Positions 51,298-64,000 of a stretch of DNA of 64,000 nt are shown here, piece after piece. The notes beneath the pieces are model-generated. The model was not told where the DNA came from and did not search any database. It was given only the letters and a program-made list of their open reading frames with translations. The DNA lies in the NCBI GenBank assembly GCA_025786725.1, contig JAHLTZ010000026.1, positions 186,001 through 250,000 on the forward strand. Direction: 5' to 3'. Position 1 is the first letter of the stretch. Each line of letters opens with the position of its first letter. The stretch comes from Syncephalis fuscata S228 (Eukaryota; Fungi; Zoopagomycota). A program made the position numbers and the translations under genes.

Positions 51298-53826
51298 ATG
51301 AGAGGTTGTTTTTACACACCAAGCCTGGTGTGGAACCAACTCTATGGCATTCTATTCCTCGTAATAGGTGCAAGAATATGGCCAAGTGTATATGGATTCT
51401 ATATAGCGGCTAACGCGCCACATTATTACAATATCAACGATCCAGTTCCCGTATATTGGAACAAAGTCTATCCCAAAAATAACTTGTTGGCATTGCCTTT
51501 GGCCTATACTCAGTTGCCGTTTGTGTGTCAACCAAGCAGACAGATAGCGCTGAACGCAAATATAGGGCAGCGCCTGGCCGGCGATCAGCTTGTACTTTCT
51601 GATATACTGGTAAGCTGTGAAAGCAGCGTTTTCGATTGACTATGGCTAATAGCATAACAGCTAGAGACGGACAGAAATGAAACGTGCAAGATGCTATGTC
51701 GGCAAGATGTTGATGCAGCCACAGTACAGCAAGCCATCCAACTTATTAGAAATAACTACATGGCTGAATGGTAGATACTAAACATAGTATAGACTATTTA
51801 ATTATCTTACCTGGTAATAGGTTTGCTGATGAATTACCAGGTACACACCCTTGGAGTAATATTATGGATAAGCAGAAACGATATGGCGACGGATTCCCTC
51901 TAGGTTATTACGATCCATTGGTAAGTCAACAATAGTCATTTTACGTTGTCTCATCATCAATCCATTGATAGGAAGACAAGCTTTTTATTTATAATCATTT
52001 TATTTTTCAAATATTGTACGAAAGACCACAGCATGCTCCAAATCAGCGTTTAATTGTTGGCTTTGAAATTTATCCAAAATCGTAAGTTATTTATGACCCT
52101 TGCTCTGGCTGTTTCTAATCATTAGCTATCGGCAATTAGTGTAGAAAGTGCAAGCTACACATGCCAGCATGATGCATCTATACCAGGAATACCGCAACAA
52201 GAATTAAATCCCGCTATTAATGGCATTACTTATACTTATTCAGTTTTATGGATTGAGGTATATATTAGACCTATAAGCTATTGACACTGGTATTAATAAC
52301 TATTAACAGGAAACACACATTACTTGGGGTAGACGATGGAACAACTATTTAAATTATGACAACGATAAATCCATTCCTGTATTTTCTTTAATCAACGCGT
52401 TTGCCATATTGGCAATTATGGTTCTTATTATTGCTGTTATTGCTATACGTGTATTTGAGATTCATATACCATATATTTTCCCCGAAGATACGGTATGTAC
52501 ATATACCGTGGATTGGTCAGAGATAGTGACGATACCTGATAAAATAAACAGAGCGAGCAAGATGAATACAATGGATGGAAACTATTACACGGTAATGTAT
52601 TTCGTCCACCCATCTCGTCTACGCTGCTGTCAATTCTAGTTGGTTCTGGCCTACAGCTTTTTGGATCAATTTTGGGAGTTTTAAGTAAGTTTGAATTATA
52701 GATATCGATAGATAGCAATGATTAATTTAAATAGTTTTGGGAATACTTGGCATTGTTAATCCATCCTATCCGGGCGGCTTAGTCACTTGGTTTATTATTA
52801 TCTATGTGCTATCAGGGTAAATAACAAGTGTTATAGTATGTCATAACACTTACTGATACAATTGTTGGCTAGTGTTATTTCGGGATATGTTAGTGCCCGA
52901 CTCAATAGCACCCTAGTAGAAGCTGATTGGTATCGCCATGCCATTCGTGTAAGTCTTTTGATTTAATTAGTATTTATACTTATTCTTATCCTACCATAGA
53001 CGGCTACTCTAGTGCCTGGCAGCTTGCTTGCATTAGCGCTTCTGCTCAATTTTTTTATTTTATCAGAGCATGGTGCCAACACTCTTAGCTTTGGCAGCCT
53101 AATAACACTGTTTGGTCTATGGTTATGCATCGGAGGGCCTGCCACCGTAATTGGCGCTTACATTGGAAATAAACGGGCAAGTTTTTCGCATCCAGTCCGA
53201 GTGAGTGCCGTACAACGATCCATCCCACCTCCCGTGTGGTATATGAGAACTATACCCAGGTAAATATAATAGTACTAGTAACAATACGTAGTAATACATA
53301 ATAACAAAAAACTACTATTAATAATGTAGCGCTTTATTTGCGGGTATCCCATCTTTCGGCACCATATTTCTTCAAGAATATCTTATTTTGCACTATTTAT
53401 GGAGTGATCGATTCTACTATTTCTATGGCTACACACTAGCCTCATTTCTTTTGCTCATCATCACCAGCACGCTTGTAGCAGTGTCAATGACATATTTCTA
53501 CTATGTAACGAGGTAAGTATTCGAACAAAAGATAGCACAAGGCTATTGACGTCATTGGCAATTGGATTCTAATACCGAAATTATAGGATTATCGCTGGTG
53601 GTGGCGCACCTTCTTGTTCGGCGGATCTGTCTCTATATACATTTTTGGCTACGCTATTCTCTATTATCTACTTCGATTGCGGACAACAGGATTTGTTCCA
53701 ACTTTACTTTATCTGGTGCATACATTGGCTATTTCATCGTTAATAGGAATAATGCTGGGCAGTATTTCCTTAATGACTACTTATTATTTTATGCGTAGAA
53801 TATTCAAAGTAGTTAAAGTAAATTAG
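51298..53826 (+). CDS. Transmembrane 9 superfamily (nonaspanin, EMP70/TMN-like) protein, multi-exon
   Basis: Signal peptide + [86 protein letters not shown]. Confidence 0.9.
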
Positions 53827-54040
53827 CTAGTAACAATAAAATTTTAAGTGCTCAATAGTCTGAAATACATTTTATACAATTACGCAATAAATTATTAAAG
53901 CTTTTAATATATGGCAAAGTGTTGTTTATTGCTTGACAGTAGATACACAGCCAATTACAATAAGGCCAATACACGTTTTAAACATTAATCGGCTGATTGG
54001 CTAAGTTGATAAAATGGCCATATAGCTTGCAATGGACATG

Positions 54041-54960
54041 CTATACCAGGTTCATAGGTTTGGTTACAGGTGCGCCAGTTGAACGGGAATAGCCTTCCAA
54101 GGCATTCAACGGATACAGTGTAAATATTCCAATAAGTGGGAAAATAGCAAATTCGGTGTAGGGCACGTTGATTTGAGTGAATATCCGATGAAGTAGCAAT
54201 AGGAAATAGACAGCAATTAGCATGGTAATCTCCTAAATAAATGTAGTAATATCAGTATCAATGCAAATGCAATTTAACCAGCAATCAACTTACACGTCGC
54301 TTACGGTCTTGTTTGAACGCAGTCTTTGTTGGACTCATTTTCAACAGGACGCCAGCCATGATCATCACCATGTTAAGGCCAATAAACTGGGCAATGGTAG
54401 CCAGATCACTTAACCAGTTTTGGATGATGTAGCCTTTACGTAGTAGTGCTCGAGTAAGAACAATAGTAATAAAGGAAAGCATGATGAAAACCATTGAAGT
54501 TACAGAAACCCAACGACCAATTATTGTTGGACGAGGTATCGCATTACGCATCGATTTACACCTATAAATCATATAAACTGGTTAATGACACGTATCATAT
54601 TTGCTTATATTAATTACTTACCAGCTATCAAGCAGTCCAATGACACCGCCATAAATCATATAGCACCAAAACGGCAGTAGTACAGTCGTGCCGTTATTCG
54701 TACCGGCCATAAAGCAGTCTATACCGTACACTAAATTTGCTGGTTAGTCTATGGTCGCCGATCAGCTATTATTATATACATACATATAAACGCCGCTACG
54801 AAAAAAGCGTAGCGTATGTTGTGGTAACGCACAGCGTATACCAGCTGAGCCAGGGCAATTAGTGTGTATATAACCCCATATACAATAAATAGTATTGATG
54901 TCTCGCCATAGAGGCGTTCGTAGGTACCGTCCTGCGGTACTGAGCGTAGGTGACAGCCAT
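54041..54960 (-). CDS. Compact ~245 aa multi-pass (about seven TM) membrane protein, 4 exons, one 1-nt frameshift near the start
   Basis: Spliced reading: ILFIVYGVIYTLIALAQLVYAV, YAFFVAAFILYGI, FWCYMIYGGVIGLLDSW, VSVTSMVFIMLSFITIVL, IAQFIGLNMVMIMAGVLL, MLIAVYFLLLLHRIF, FAIFPLIGIFTLY; GT-AG introns. Confidence 0.7.
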
Positions 54961-56375
54961 GGTGTTAGCGGAGTAGGATGATGGGTGAGTTACAAGTGAA
55001 AACAATGAAGGACGGCAAGGTCCAGCGGAGCAGGATGTATAACAATGGTCAGGCCGTTGCTTGTTGCTTCATTAATTTATACAAGATCATGCGTCTATAT
55101 GTATATACTAACAAAGAAAGTGTGGTCGAATACATGTGGTGTCACCATGCGGACGTTGACCTCAAGCTGCAATGTGGACGCGTTTCATACAAAGGATAGG
55201 CCAAGTTTCATGTGGGTCTGAAAACAATCCGCGTTGCCACACCAATACCACCCAACTTATGCAGCTGCCGTGCCCGGGGTGCATATGTTGCTAGACATGC
55301 ATTGATAACATTTGGTCAAACCAACTAACAGGTCACATGTATTTGTTAATCTGTATTATAGAAAAGCTGTAGAAGCATCAGAAATACATGCTATTCTTGA
55401 CATTATCGACTATGACGGGACACTGATGCTATCTCTACAATTAATTTTTATGTGGTATTTAACATTATTATAAAGTTTTTTAGCTGCTTATTATTATTTG
55501 AGTGTCAAATGTAGTTATTTAATAACACTCATGCAATTAAACTAGAATTTACTCTGTTAAACATAGACTGGACGAATGACGTCAGCCATCGAGATGCTTA
55601 ACATTGTAGATTTATTATCATGTATGCATATATCCTTTATTCATATATACATATATATAATTCCTATTGTATACTCATGTAAGTTGGGATTTATTAATAC
55701 TGAATCTAAAATTAAATTAATAATGGTTTAAGCAGTATGTTCCTGTTATATGGCAGAACAATATTTGATATACTTGCTCTACAATTATAATTATATAATA
55801 AGTATTGCTAATGCTAATTTACATATATTTATGAGCGAATGAATAAAATTAATTTTATTTGATTGATAAAAAGTGATTGCAAATATATTGCCATTACCAT
55901 ATTTGGTAATTCAAATTAATTCAATATTCCCACGGCTCTTTACCTTAAATAAATATTTTGTTCATATTACAGTTGCTATTTTCCACTTATATATTATATA
56001 GCTATATAATCAATTAAATGATGTTAAAAATAGAGCACAAAAGGCTTTTTATTGTTATTTTTATGCACAGGTGTTTTATAACGGTTATATTTTTATTATG
56101 ATTATATACTTATTGCAAATAGTCAACTTTTACTCAGATTGAATAAATATTGCTGTTTGGTATTTCTATGCTAATAATAAAATACAAAAGACTATTTTTG
56201 ATTGCAAGATTTCTTTTTGACAGCTCAACAGGGAGTTTCTTATTTTATCTATAAAACTGTTAAATGACTAGCACAGTAGCTCAAATGATATTGTTTAAAA
56301 GTAGGTTAAACAAAATAAAATAATTTGCTCAAATTTTATTTAAATAATTCGCTTATACTAAACTGTTTATTAAAA

Positions 56376-58996
56376 TTAAGTTTTAGTAATATTAATCGTG
56401 ACGTTAGGTGAGCGCCAAATATCATAATCACTATCCACTGCGGCATCTCCATAGGGACGAAGTGCCATTAATTCAAAGTAGTAAATTCCGTTTGTAAGAT
56501 TGCTGCCTTTAAAGGTGGCTTTATCGTTTATCGTCACACCGCCAGCCCATTTGAATGTATTACTAGGAGGAGACTTGGGCTGTCTTCGGATAAGTCTGTC
56601 TTGGGAAGATCCAGGAATGGCACCAACTACTCTTTTGGTAGCGGCATCATATATGCGCGTTTTTGCGTGTAAACTAGGATATTCGACATCATACGACACA
56701 GTCATGACTTCATGGCCAGTCAATACATAGGGCGTTGTCGTGTTTGATGGTGGAATAAGCTGCTTTGTTAGTTGATCGGCCATTTCGATGGTAGGATTCT
56801 GCTTTAGAACATGTATATCGCTTAAACGTCCCTTAATACCAAGGTATGGTACATATATGGCATCGCTTGATGGCGTGTTGTTTGAGTTTGCGGCTGGATC
56901 AAATACAATATAACCCGAATATACCCATTTCTCAGCTTCAGGCAGCGCACTAGGTGGCGTGATTAACACATCAATACTGCTGATTTGGCCGGCAGCAATT
57001 TTTACATGACTGGATGAAAAGCTAACACTGGCTGGTGCTTCGCGCGTCTCGGGCTGGAACATTACTGAGCCATCAGCGTCAAAACCACGTGCAGCTACAG
57101 CTGGAACGTGGGTAACGGTGTAGACACGATCAGACTTTGACAAATTGGTAATACGCACAGTTCGATTGCGTGCATCACCATTGTGATTGCCAGGATATTG
57201 CGTGTCGTTAAGAGCAAGCCGTGATGGCGTAACAAGCGTGGTGCCAAAAATGGCACGTTCGACATTGAGCATACCGGCGCCTTGAAGTGCAACTGAACTG
57301 ATAAGAGTGTTGTTTTTGACTTCAGTGGCGGGACGAGCAGTGTTTTGGAACAGCTGGTGTAGACGAGTACGATCAATCTTCTCAGCACCAGTGCCCAGTT
57401 TATTATCATACCATTAACTTGTAGATAAAGTGCTATGGATCCGGCAACATATGGAGAAGACATTGATGTACCACTCTTGACGCCGTATTTACCCATTGGC
57501 AACGGAATGGTTGAGTAGATAAAGCCACCGGGACCACCAATATCTGGCTTGATCTCGGCCTTGGAGCCAGGCCCCCATGATGAAAAAGCGGACAAGTGGC
57601 CTGCCGTAGGCACTTCTACTATAATATTTTTATCAAATAAAATCTTCTGATTTGGATTGCTTGCCAGACTCTTAATAATTGCTTCACCGCTGGATTTTTC
57701 AATACTTAATACTGAAATTTTAATATCTGGTGAGATTGAAGGACTCAACGGGCCTGGCTCATTGTTATAGAGAATAGCAACAGCAGCACCAGCCTTTTCG
57801 GCGTTCATGGCTTTGATGTCGAAAGTGCAGTTGCCTCGCTGGATTAATACAACTTTGCCATTTACCTCGGGACCAAACGGCCTGCATCCCAATACGTTGT
57901 CGGCAGGGCCAGCCACAACAATCTCTGTGGCGTTGTGTTCAAAGGATTAAGCTTATTGGATACCGAGTAACCAAACACGGTATCGATTGCCAAACTAAGA
58001 GATAGCCCAGGTGCTGGATACTTGAAGTTATCAAGTGATGCGACTGAGAAAACGCTAGGGGCGACAGAAGGACTACCGACCTCCCAGAGACCGCCATCTC
58101 CCGAGTTGCCGGCTGATGCCACAACAATCAAGCCTTTTCGAGCAAGTATTTCGGCCAGAATAGCATCATCAGACTGAGCCCAGCCACCAGTTTCACCAAG
58201 CGACAGATTCACAATGTCCATACCGTCGGCATAGGCACGATCCAGTCCGGCCTTAATGGCATCGGTTGATGTGTATCGGCCGCAGCCAAATATTTTATAG
58301 GCACCAAATGTAACTTCTGGAGCAACACCAAGAAATGCTTCGTCGTGTGCACCATAATGCCGGCCACATGCGTACCATGTCCATTGCATGTGTCGCGAGG
58401 GTCATCGCTTTGGCTAATGGTACTTGTTGTGCCATTGAAATTGTTGCCAACAAAGTCCCGCCCATAGGCGACACGACAGCTTGGACCAAAGCAGCCTCCT
58501 AAGGCTGGATGCATGTAATCGATGCCGCTGTCGATGACACCGACCTTAACCCTTTTCCGTAGACCTTGTATTTTGTATGCATCACATCCACGCCCGTCAT
58601 ACCATGCGAGTATGGCAATGGATTGTCTTCCTTTAGCTGCTGTCGTTGAACAACAGGACCAGCTACTTGATTAATTGGCCAAATACGCTTTACACCAGGC
58701 ACATCCTCGATAACTTTAAGATTTTTGTTATCAGTGTCGATACTGATGGCGTTCATGGTAGCGGTAAGTGCATAGCGCACACGGAAATTAATGCTAAGCT
58801 TTGTCAAGCTATCACGGAATGCAGCCTGCTGAGTGGCGTCATCCAGCTGAATCAAAAAAGCATTATCGAGTGTGCTGACTTTAGTGGTTGGTGTGGCAGC
58901 AGTGGGAGGTTGGCTTGGAACGCGTGTTTTTGCTTGAGCCAACACGTCACTGGCGGCAAATGCCAGCAATAAAGCGGCTAAAAGGATAGGTTTCAT
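56376..58996 (-). CDS. Secreted subtilisin-like S8 protease with propeptide, PA domain and C-terminal Fn3-like domain; intronless; multiple 1-nt frameshifts
   Basis: Signal peptide MKPILLAALLLAFAASDVLA; catalytic triad motifs VGVIDSGIDYMHPALGG, CNGHGTHVAGI, SGTSMSSPYVAG; PA motif GKVVLIQRGNCTFDIKAMNA; FSSWGP. Confidence 0.9.
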
Positions 58997-59930
58997 TGGA
59001 TGAGTAAATCAACTGAAATCGTTAGTTAATAGCCGTAAATAGAAATATCGTGAATTGTTAGACAAGATAGTAAGAATAAAGTAAATTGTTATTATATGGC
59101 GCGCGTGATAGTGGATGGTTTGTATTGTACATAGTTTAAGCAAAACCGTATGGTTTATATAGAACCAATGGTATCGATATTATTTCTGACTTATGAACAA
59201 CAATTCGGCTATTTGCAAGCAGGCCTTTTCATAGATGGTTTTACAGCGAGTAATTTTATGGCTCATTCTGAAAGGCCTTTATATCTATAAAAGAAAGGCC
59301 TGTCTTTACATAACAGTAGAATTACTCAGAGGTGTTTTGCCCGTTCGCATCAAACATTATAATCATGGCTAAACCTATATTATCTGTGCTATCCATAGTA
59401 ATAAACCTGTGTATGGCCCACATATATATCTTAAGCAGAGCTCTTATCAAATAAAAAAGGCATTACATAGCTTATAAAGCATGCGCTTATATTAAGTTTT
59501 AAGCAACGCATTCTAATATTCTGAGCTTTGTAACTTAAGTGTTTGGCTTAATAATTGTTGTATTGATATAGAAAGTATGTAAACCATTAGTAATGCTAAT
59601 AAAAATGGCATTCAAATGGTTTAGTTGCTTATCTGCTAAAACTAAAAAAATAATCCAATTGGCCTTAGCTAGAAAGGCTGTATAGTACACGCCTAAACCA
59701 CTATCTATTTATTATAATTATTTCGAACTTTGATTTCTACTTGACAAGCATTTCCATTACGCATCCAACAGATCGGTAAAAATTAATCATCAAGCCAAAT
59801 CAATAACAATAATTCAATAAATGTATTTATTTTATCAGGTAAATACTAATATGAACCATCACCTGTAAAAGCCATATAAATGATGACTATGCAAATCACC
59901 ATTACCATTGCAACCATCAAACACTAATAC

Positions 59931-62123
59931 TAGTATCATATTTAATAAACAATTAACATATAAAGCTGACTATTTTATTAATCAAATAAACAAATTGCTA
60001 TTTTTCCTATTCATTTGTAAACGTTAATTGTAATACTTTATGCATAATAGCTATGATTGTGATGTGGCTCCAGTGTCTTTATATTTCTAATAGCTATTAC
60101 CATTATAAAGTGTAACATTTCCTATTTATAATATCTATGGCCACCTTAAGTGCTTTCAATGTAATTAAGTGCTAAAATTACTGAAATGTAAGTTAAAAGC
60201 AATAGCAATAGTTAAATTAATAAAGCGCCACTATAATTATTTATGATTTTACGTATAACAAAGCAATTTGTCTGTTGTTTTGCACATGTATACACATAAC
60301 GTGTAAATAGCTGTTGGCAAAGTATGTCGTGATTGTATTGTGTGATGGTATAGTTATCATGATGATACGCTAATAAATGTATAAAATAGCAATTTTTACC
60401 GTTTATGACATATATACTTCAAATACAGCAAAATGGTTTTCAGATTCGAGTTCTCTATGCTTGGATGAATCGTTTGGTATAAAATATAGAACAATTGTTG
60501 GTGTTTGATATTCTGGACAGGATTCTGTGAAAGTGTGCTAAGATATATATTGTGTAATTGGATAACCAGTTAAAATCGCATGTGATCGATTACAAGAATA
60601 ATATATCTATCAAATATTGGTATCGATTACTATAACAAACGTCTATTACGGCAATATGACGAGTAGCTACTTGTTAGTTGTGGGCATATGAGCAGTCATC
60701 TAAACTAGCATGCTGCGTTAATGATGAAATACTGCAAATACTCAAGTTCTATTATTAGTTATATTTACTATATAATGATAGCTTTATTCAATATCAATAT
60801 AAATTGCTAGTTGCTAATTTTATTTTATTTCTAGTTAGTGTCATACATGCTATTCAGTCTACTATAATTAAATCATAATAATAAATTATAAATATAAACA
60901 GTTTATTATCAAACAATATTAAGCAGCCAGAACATAATAGAAAAGACCCAGGTAGATTGAAATACACGAAAATATGTAGCAAATTGCTGTCCAGCTTGTT
61001 TTTATAGCTACTGCTTGTTTACTACTTCAATCATGCTAAACTACATTTTACAATGGCCATGTAATGCTATTATTCAATAAACAAATAGGCAATATCAAGC
61101 AGTAGTAGGCAGCTGAAACGATTGAGTCATAGCATATCGTTGTTTTATCTAAACAAATATTAATTATTTGTAAAACTTGTTATTTATCATATTCAGTTAG
61201 TAGCAGGCTGTCAAGTGGATGTAGATATTCAGGGTACATGTTCAAATACCGCACTTTCTTAGTCGATTACTTGCCCTTAGTTTATGCCAATTGTATCTCC
61301 ATGCTATCTCTTCATTATTATTATCTTTTTTAAAGACATAAGCGGTATATAACTACAAGTAGTGGAAATAAATTGTTTATTGACAGTTGTACTAAAGAAT
61401 CGACAAAAATTGCTTGCTGCTATTGCCAGTAATGCGAAAAGTGTCTTGAATTTAGCGCCGATAGTATTGCCAGAGACTTGAACCATCCGTACCTGTCATA
61501 AATGTATTTATACCTAATGGTTGCACTGTCAATATTCTACTTATGCCATGTGCTCATTATTGATATCATATGGCTTCTAGCAAGTGATGGTTCAGTTGGT
61601 GATATTCAGCTATAAACAAAAATTAGCGCTGCATTCAATTGTGGATTCCTAATTCCAAATAGTAATCATGATGATAACACTACTGTTTTGATATCGTAGT
61701 CATGCTGTTGTGTTGAAGTAATTAAAATATATTATATGACTAAACAGCATATCATATATGAATAGCCGCAAGAGTGATATACTGAACATCAATACCGATT
61801 ACCAATAGAGTAACCACTAAGATAATATAGGTAATAAACATTTGTTAAATGTGGATATGAACAGTCAAATAAAACGATACGCTGCATTTAAAACAAAAAA
61901 TGCAACTTATTTAGATTCTATCATTAGCTATATTTTCTATAAAAGAATAGCTTTATTCAATACTAATAAAAAGAGCTATTTCTAATTTCATCTTACCTTT
62001 TTAGTGTCATTCAGTTATTCACTTTATTATAGCTAAATTGTAATAAATAGCAACTAACGAGAAATAAGATTAGTATAAAAAACAATATCAATCAATTAAT
62101 ACATTGTATTCTAAAGGTTAAAA
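59931..62123 (-). mobile_element. 2.2 kb dispersed repeat, copy 2; probable decayed LINE relic
   Basis: Direct repeat of 1757-3954; roughly 40 differences by eye, mostly transitions; shared boundaries tagtatcatattt...ctaaaggttaaaa. Confidence 0.6.
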
Positions 62124-62907
62124 AGGCATTAGCAAGTAGCAAAGATTAGTAGTATGTAATAGCACCAAGATCTTTAACCAAAATTACAAATAATGTATTT
62201 ACTGTTTCAATGATATAACTATCAGTATTTGATAGTGCAGATTTAGCACGCCAAAATCAAAATTTATTTGTAATGATTTGCTAACTAAATTAATCAACCA
62301 ATTATATAGATAAATACGTTACTTTATACACAACAGCAAACATACATAATTGATATCTTAATAAACTGAATAATATAACTATTTTGAATATGTGTTTAAT
62401 TCTACAGCATTTTTATTGTATTTCAGATACAGTTATAATACGATTCGCCATTAAAGAGACGCGCTATCATGAATATCATAGGATATTAATAGATAAGAGT
62501 ATATGTATATGTGTGAGTGAATGGATAAATAAATGTGCGTGCTTGGCACACACAACAAATGCGACTGTGCTTCAGGTGCTGAAAGAAAAATGCCATTGGC
62601 AAGAAATCTAGCTCAAATGAAAAGAACTAACTAAATGCGATGTGTTAATTATTAAATTGCTAGAATTAATTTTTGTTTCTGTTGTTGAAAAAAATAGAAT
62701 AAAGCAGAAACAACATTAAAAACAGTCGCGAGGAATCGAAAGCGAAGAAAAATGAAAAGACTAGAGAGAGAGCAGAAAAACGAATATGCAAATGATTTGA
62801 AAAAACAAGAAATTTCTAAAGTCTATTCAGTCATCCACCTCACACACTAATGACAGCATCAATATTATGCAAAATACCAAGAAAATAAAAAAGTATAAAA
62901 GAAAAGA

Positions 62908-64000
62908 TTAAATCATGCTTGATGATGATAATGATGAGGGTGGTATTGTTGTAGCTTGGTTGGTTGAGACAGTTAAGCCTACGCTGGTGGGCACGGAATA
63001 GCCAGTTAGATGACTGCTTAGCCCGCCGGTGGCATGCAGTTTCGATGGACGGCCTACTCCAAATGGATTCGTGGCCACGGCTTGGCCAATTAACTCGGAC
63101 GGATTTAATGGGTGCTGGCCTAGTTCTGTAGCCAGTGCCATTGTGTTAGTAGTCATAGGGCCGGTAACGGCGTTGTTAGAAAATCTATAGGCCATTCCAG
63201 CTGGGATGGAGTAAGCCATGCCGCCGTTTGGCATAGCTGTGTTGCCTCGAGACATCACGTTTGTATTGACGATAGGCGTGGTCGATAGTGATCGATTCGG
63301 CATATAAGCTAATCCGCCTATCGGGCCATTAGGCAAAAAAGATGCAGCCATTGACGATGTTGATGGTATAGATAAGGAACCTGAGGCCAAGGTTGATGAG
63401 GTAGCCCAATAGGACTGTGCTGCCGCTGCTGCCGCTGCCGCTGCTGTGATGGTGTCATTAATCATGGTGGTGGGACGACCTTGAAATGCTACCAAAGGCT
63501 GAATTGGCTTATAAGGCATTGATGTCATTGTTGGCTGAGCTTGCATGTTGGTAGGCAATGTATACATACGCTGAGATGGAGCCTGAACCATTGGCATAAC
63601 AAATGGATAGGTAGTAGCGGTAGCCAACTCTGCCGATGGGCCTGCTTGTAATCCAATGTTGCCAGATGAATGCAGTGGCGTAGGTGTTCTTAATTGCATT
63701 GAGGTAGGACTGGCCTCTTCGCTTGGTAGACGCTCATTGCTTACAAGCAAATCGCCCAACAACTCGTGTGTTCGCTCGTGCTTACGGAGTGAACGGGAGT
63801 GATAGTAAGATTTGCCGCATTGGCTGTATCGACAATGGAATGGGCGAATGTTACTATGCGTTTTCACGTGGGTAGCCAACGAGTCAGGACGCGAAAACCG
63901 CTTGCCGCAGTTATCGATAGTGCACTGGTAGGGACGTTCGCCAGTGTGTGTACGTAGATGGTTGTGCATCTTGTGGCGTTTTGTAAATGGCCGTTCACCA
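62908..64000 (-). CDS. C2H2 zinc-finger transcription factor, 5' end outside the window
   Basis: HLRTHTGERPYQCTIDNCGKRFSRPDSLATHVKTHSNIRPFHCRYSQCGKSYYHSRSLRKHERTH followed by a low-complexity tail. Confidence 0.9.
   Translation of the reverse strand, partial: GERPFTKRHKMHNHLRTHTGERPYQCTIDNCGKRFSRPDSLATHVKTHSNIRPFHCRYSQCGKSYYHSRSLRKHERTHELLGDLLVSNERLPSEEASPTSMQLRTPTPLHSSGNIGLQAGPSAELATATTYPFVMPMVQAPSQRMYTLPTNMQAQPTMTSMPYKPIQPLVAFQGRPTTMINDTITAAAAAAAAAQSYWATSSTLASGSLSIPSTSSMAASFLPNGPIGGLAYMPNRSLSTTPIVNTNVMSRGNTAMPNGGMAYSIPAGMAYRFSNNAVTGPMTTNTMALATELGQHPLNPSELIGQAVATNPFGVGRPSKLHATGGLSSHLTGYSVPTSVGLTVSTNQATTIPPSSLSSSSMI

Noticed and set aside
56376-58996. Subtilisin as a true pseudogene
   Set aside because: Catalytic motifs are intact and the breaks are frameshifts of the kind seen in essential genes in this window; reads are needed to decide.

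Overview
Gene-dense, AT-rich eukaryotic (fungal) genomic DNA with many ~45-70 nt introns. Gene content and style point to an early-diverging fungus, most likely Zoopagomycota such as the mycoparasite Syncephalis (inference). Conserved genes: STE11-type MAPKKK, MED1, eEF1B-gamma (hosting an intronic box C/D snoRNA of the snR38 type), VPS60, ANKRD40-like, TPS2, HDHD3-like, CYS3, SMYD, GNA1, RSPRY1-like, GBP2/HRB1-like, mL46, CDC27, a TM9 nonaspanin and a partial C2H2 transcription factor. Interspersed is a secreted/surface repertoire: a ricin-B lectin, a tandem pair of secreted kinase-fold proteins lacking catalytic motifs (pseudokinases), a 34-aa secreted micropeptide, two orphan 7TM proteins and a PA-domain subtilisin, plus an intronless F-box gene. 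A ~2.2 kb repeat (~98% identical copies at 1757-3954 and 59931-62123) looks like a decayed LINE reverse transcriptase, and both copies sit upstream of intronless secreted-protein genes. Many genes carry 1-nt frameshifts in homopolymers, most likely assembly errors. All gene models and family assignments were read by eye without database searches.
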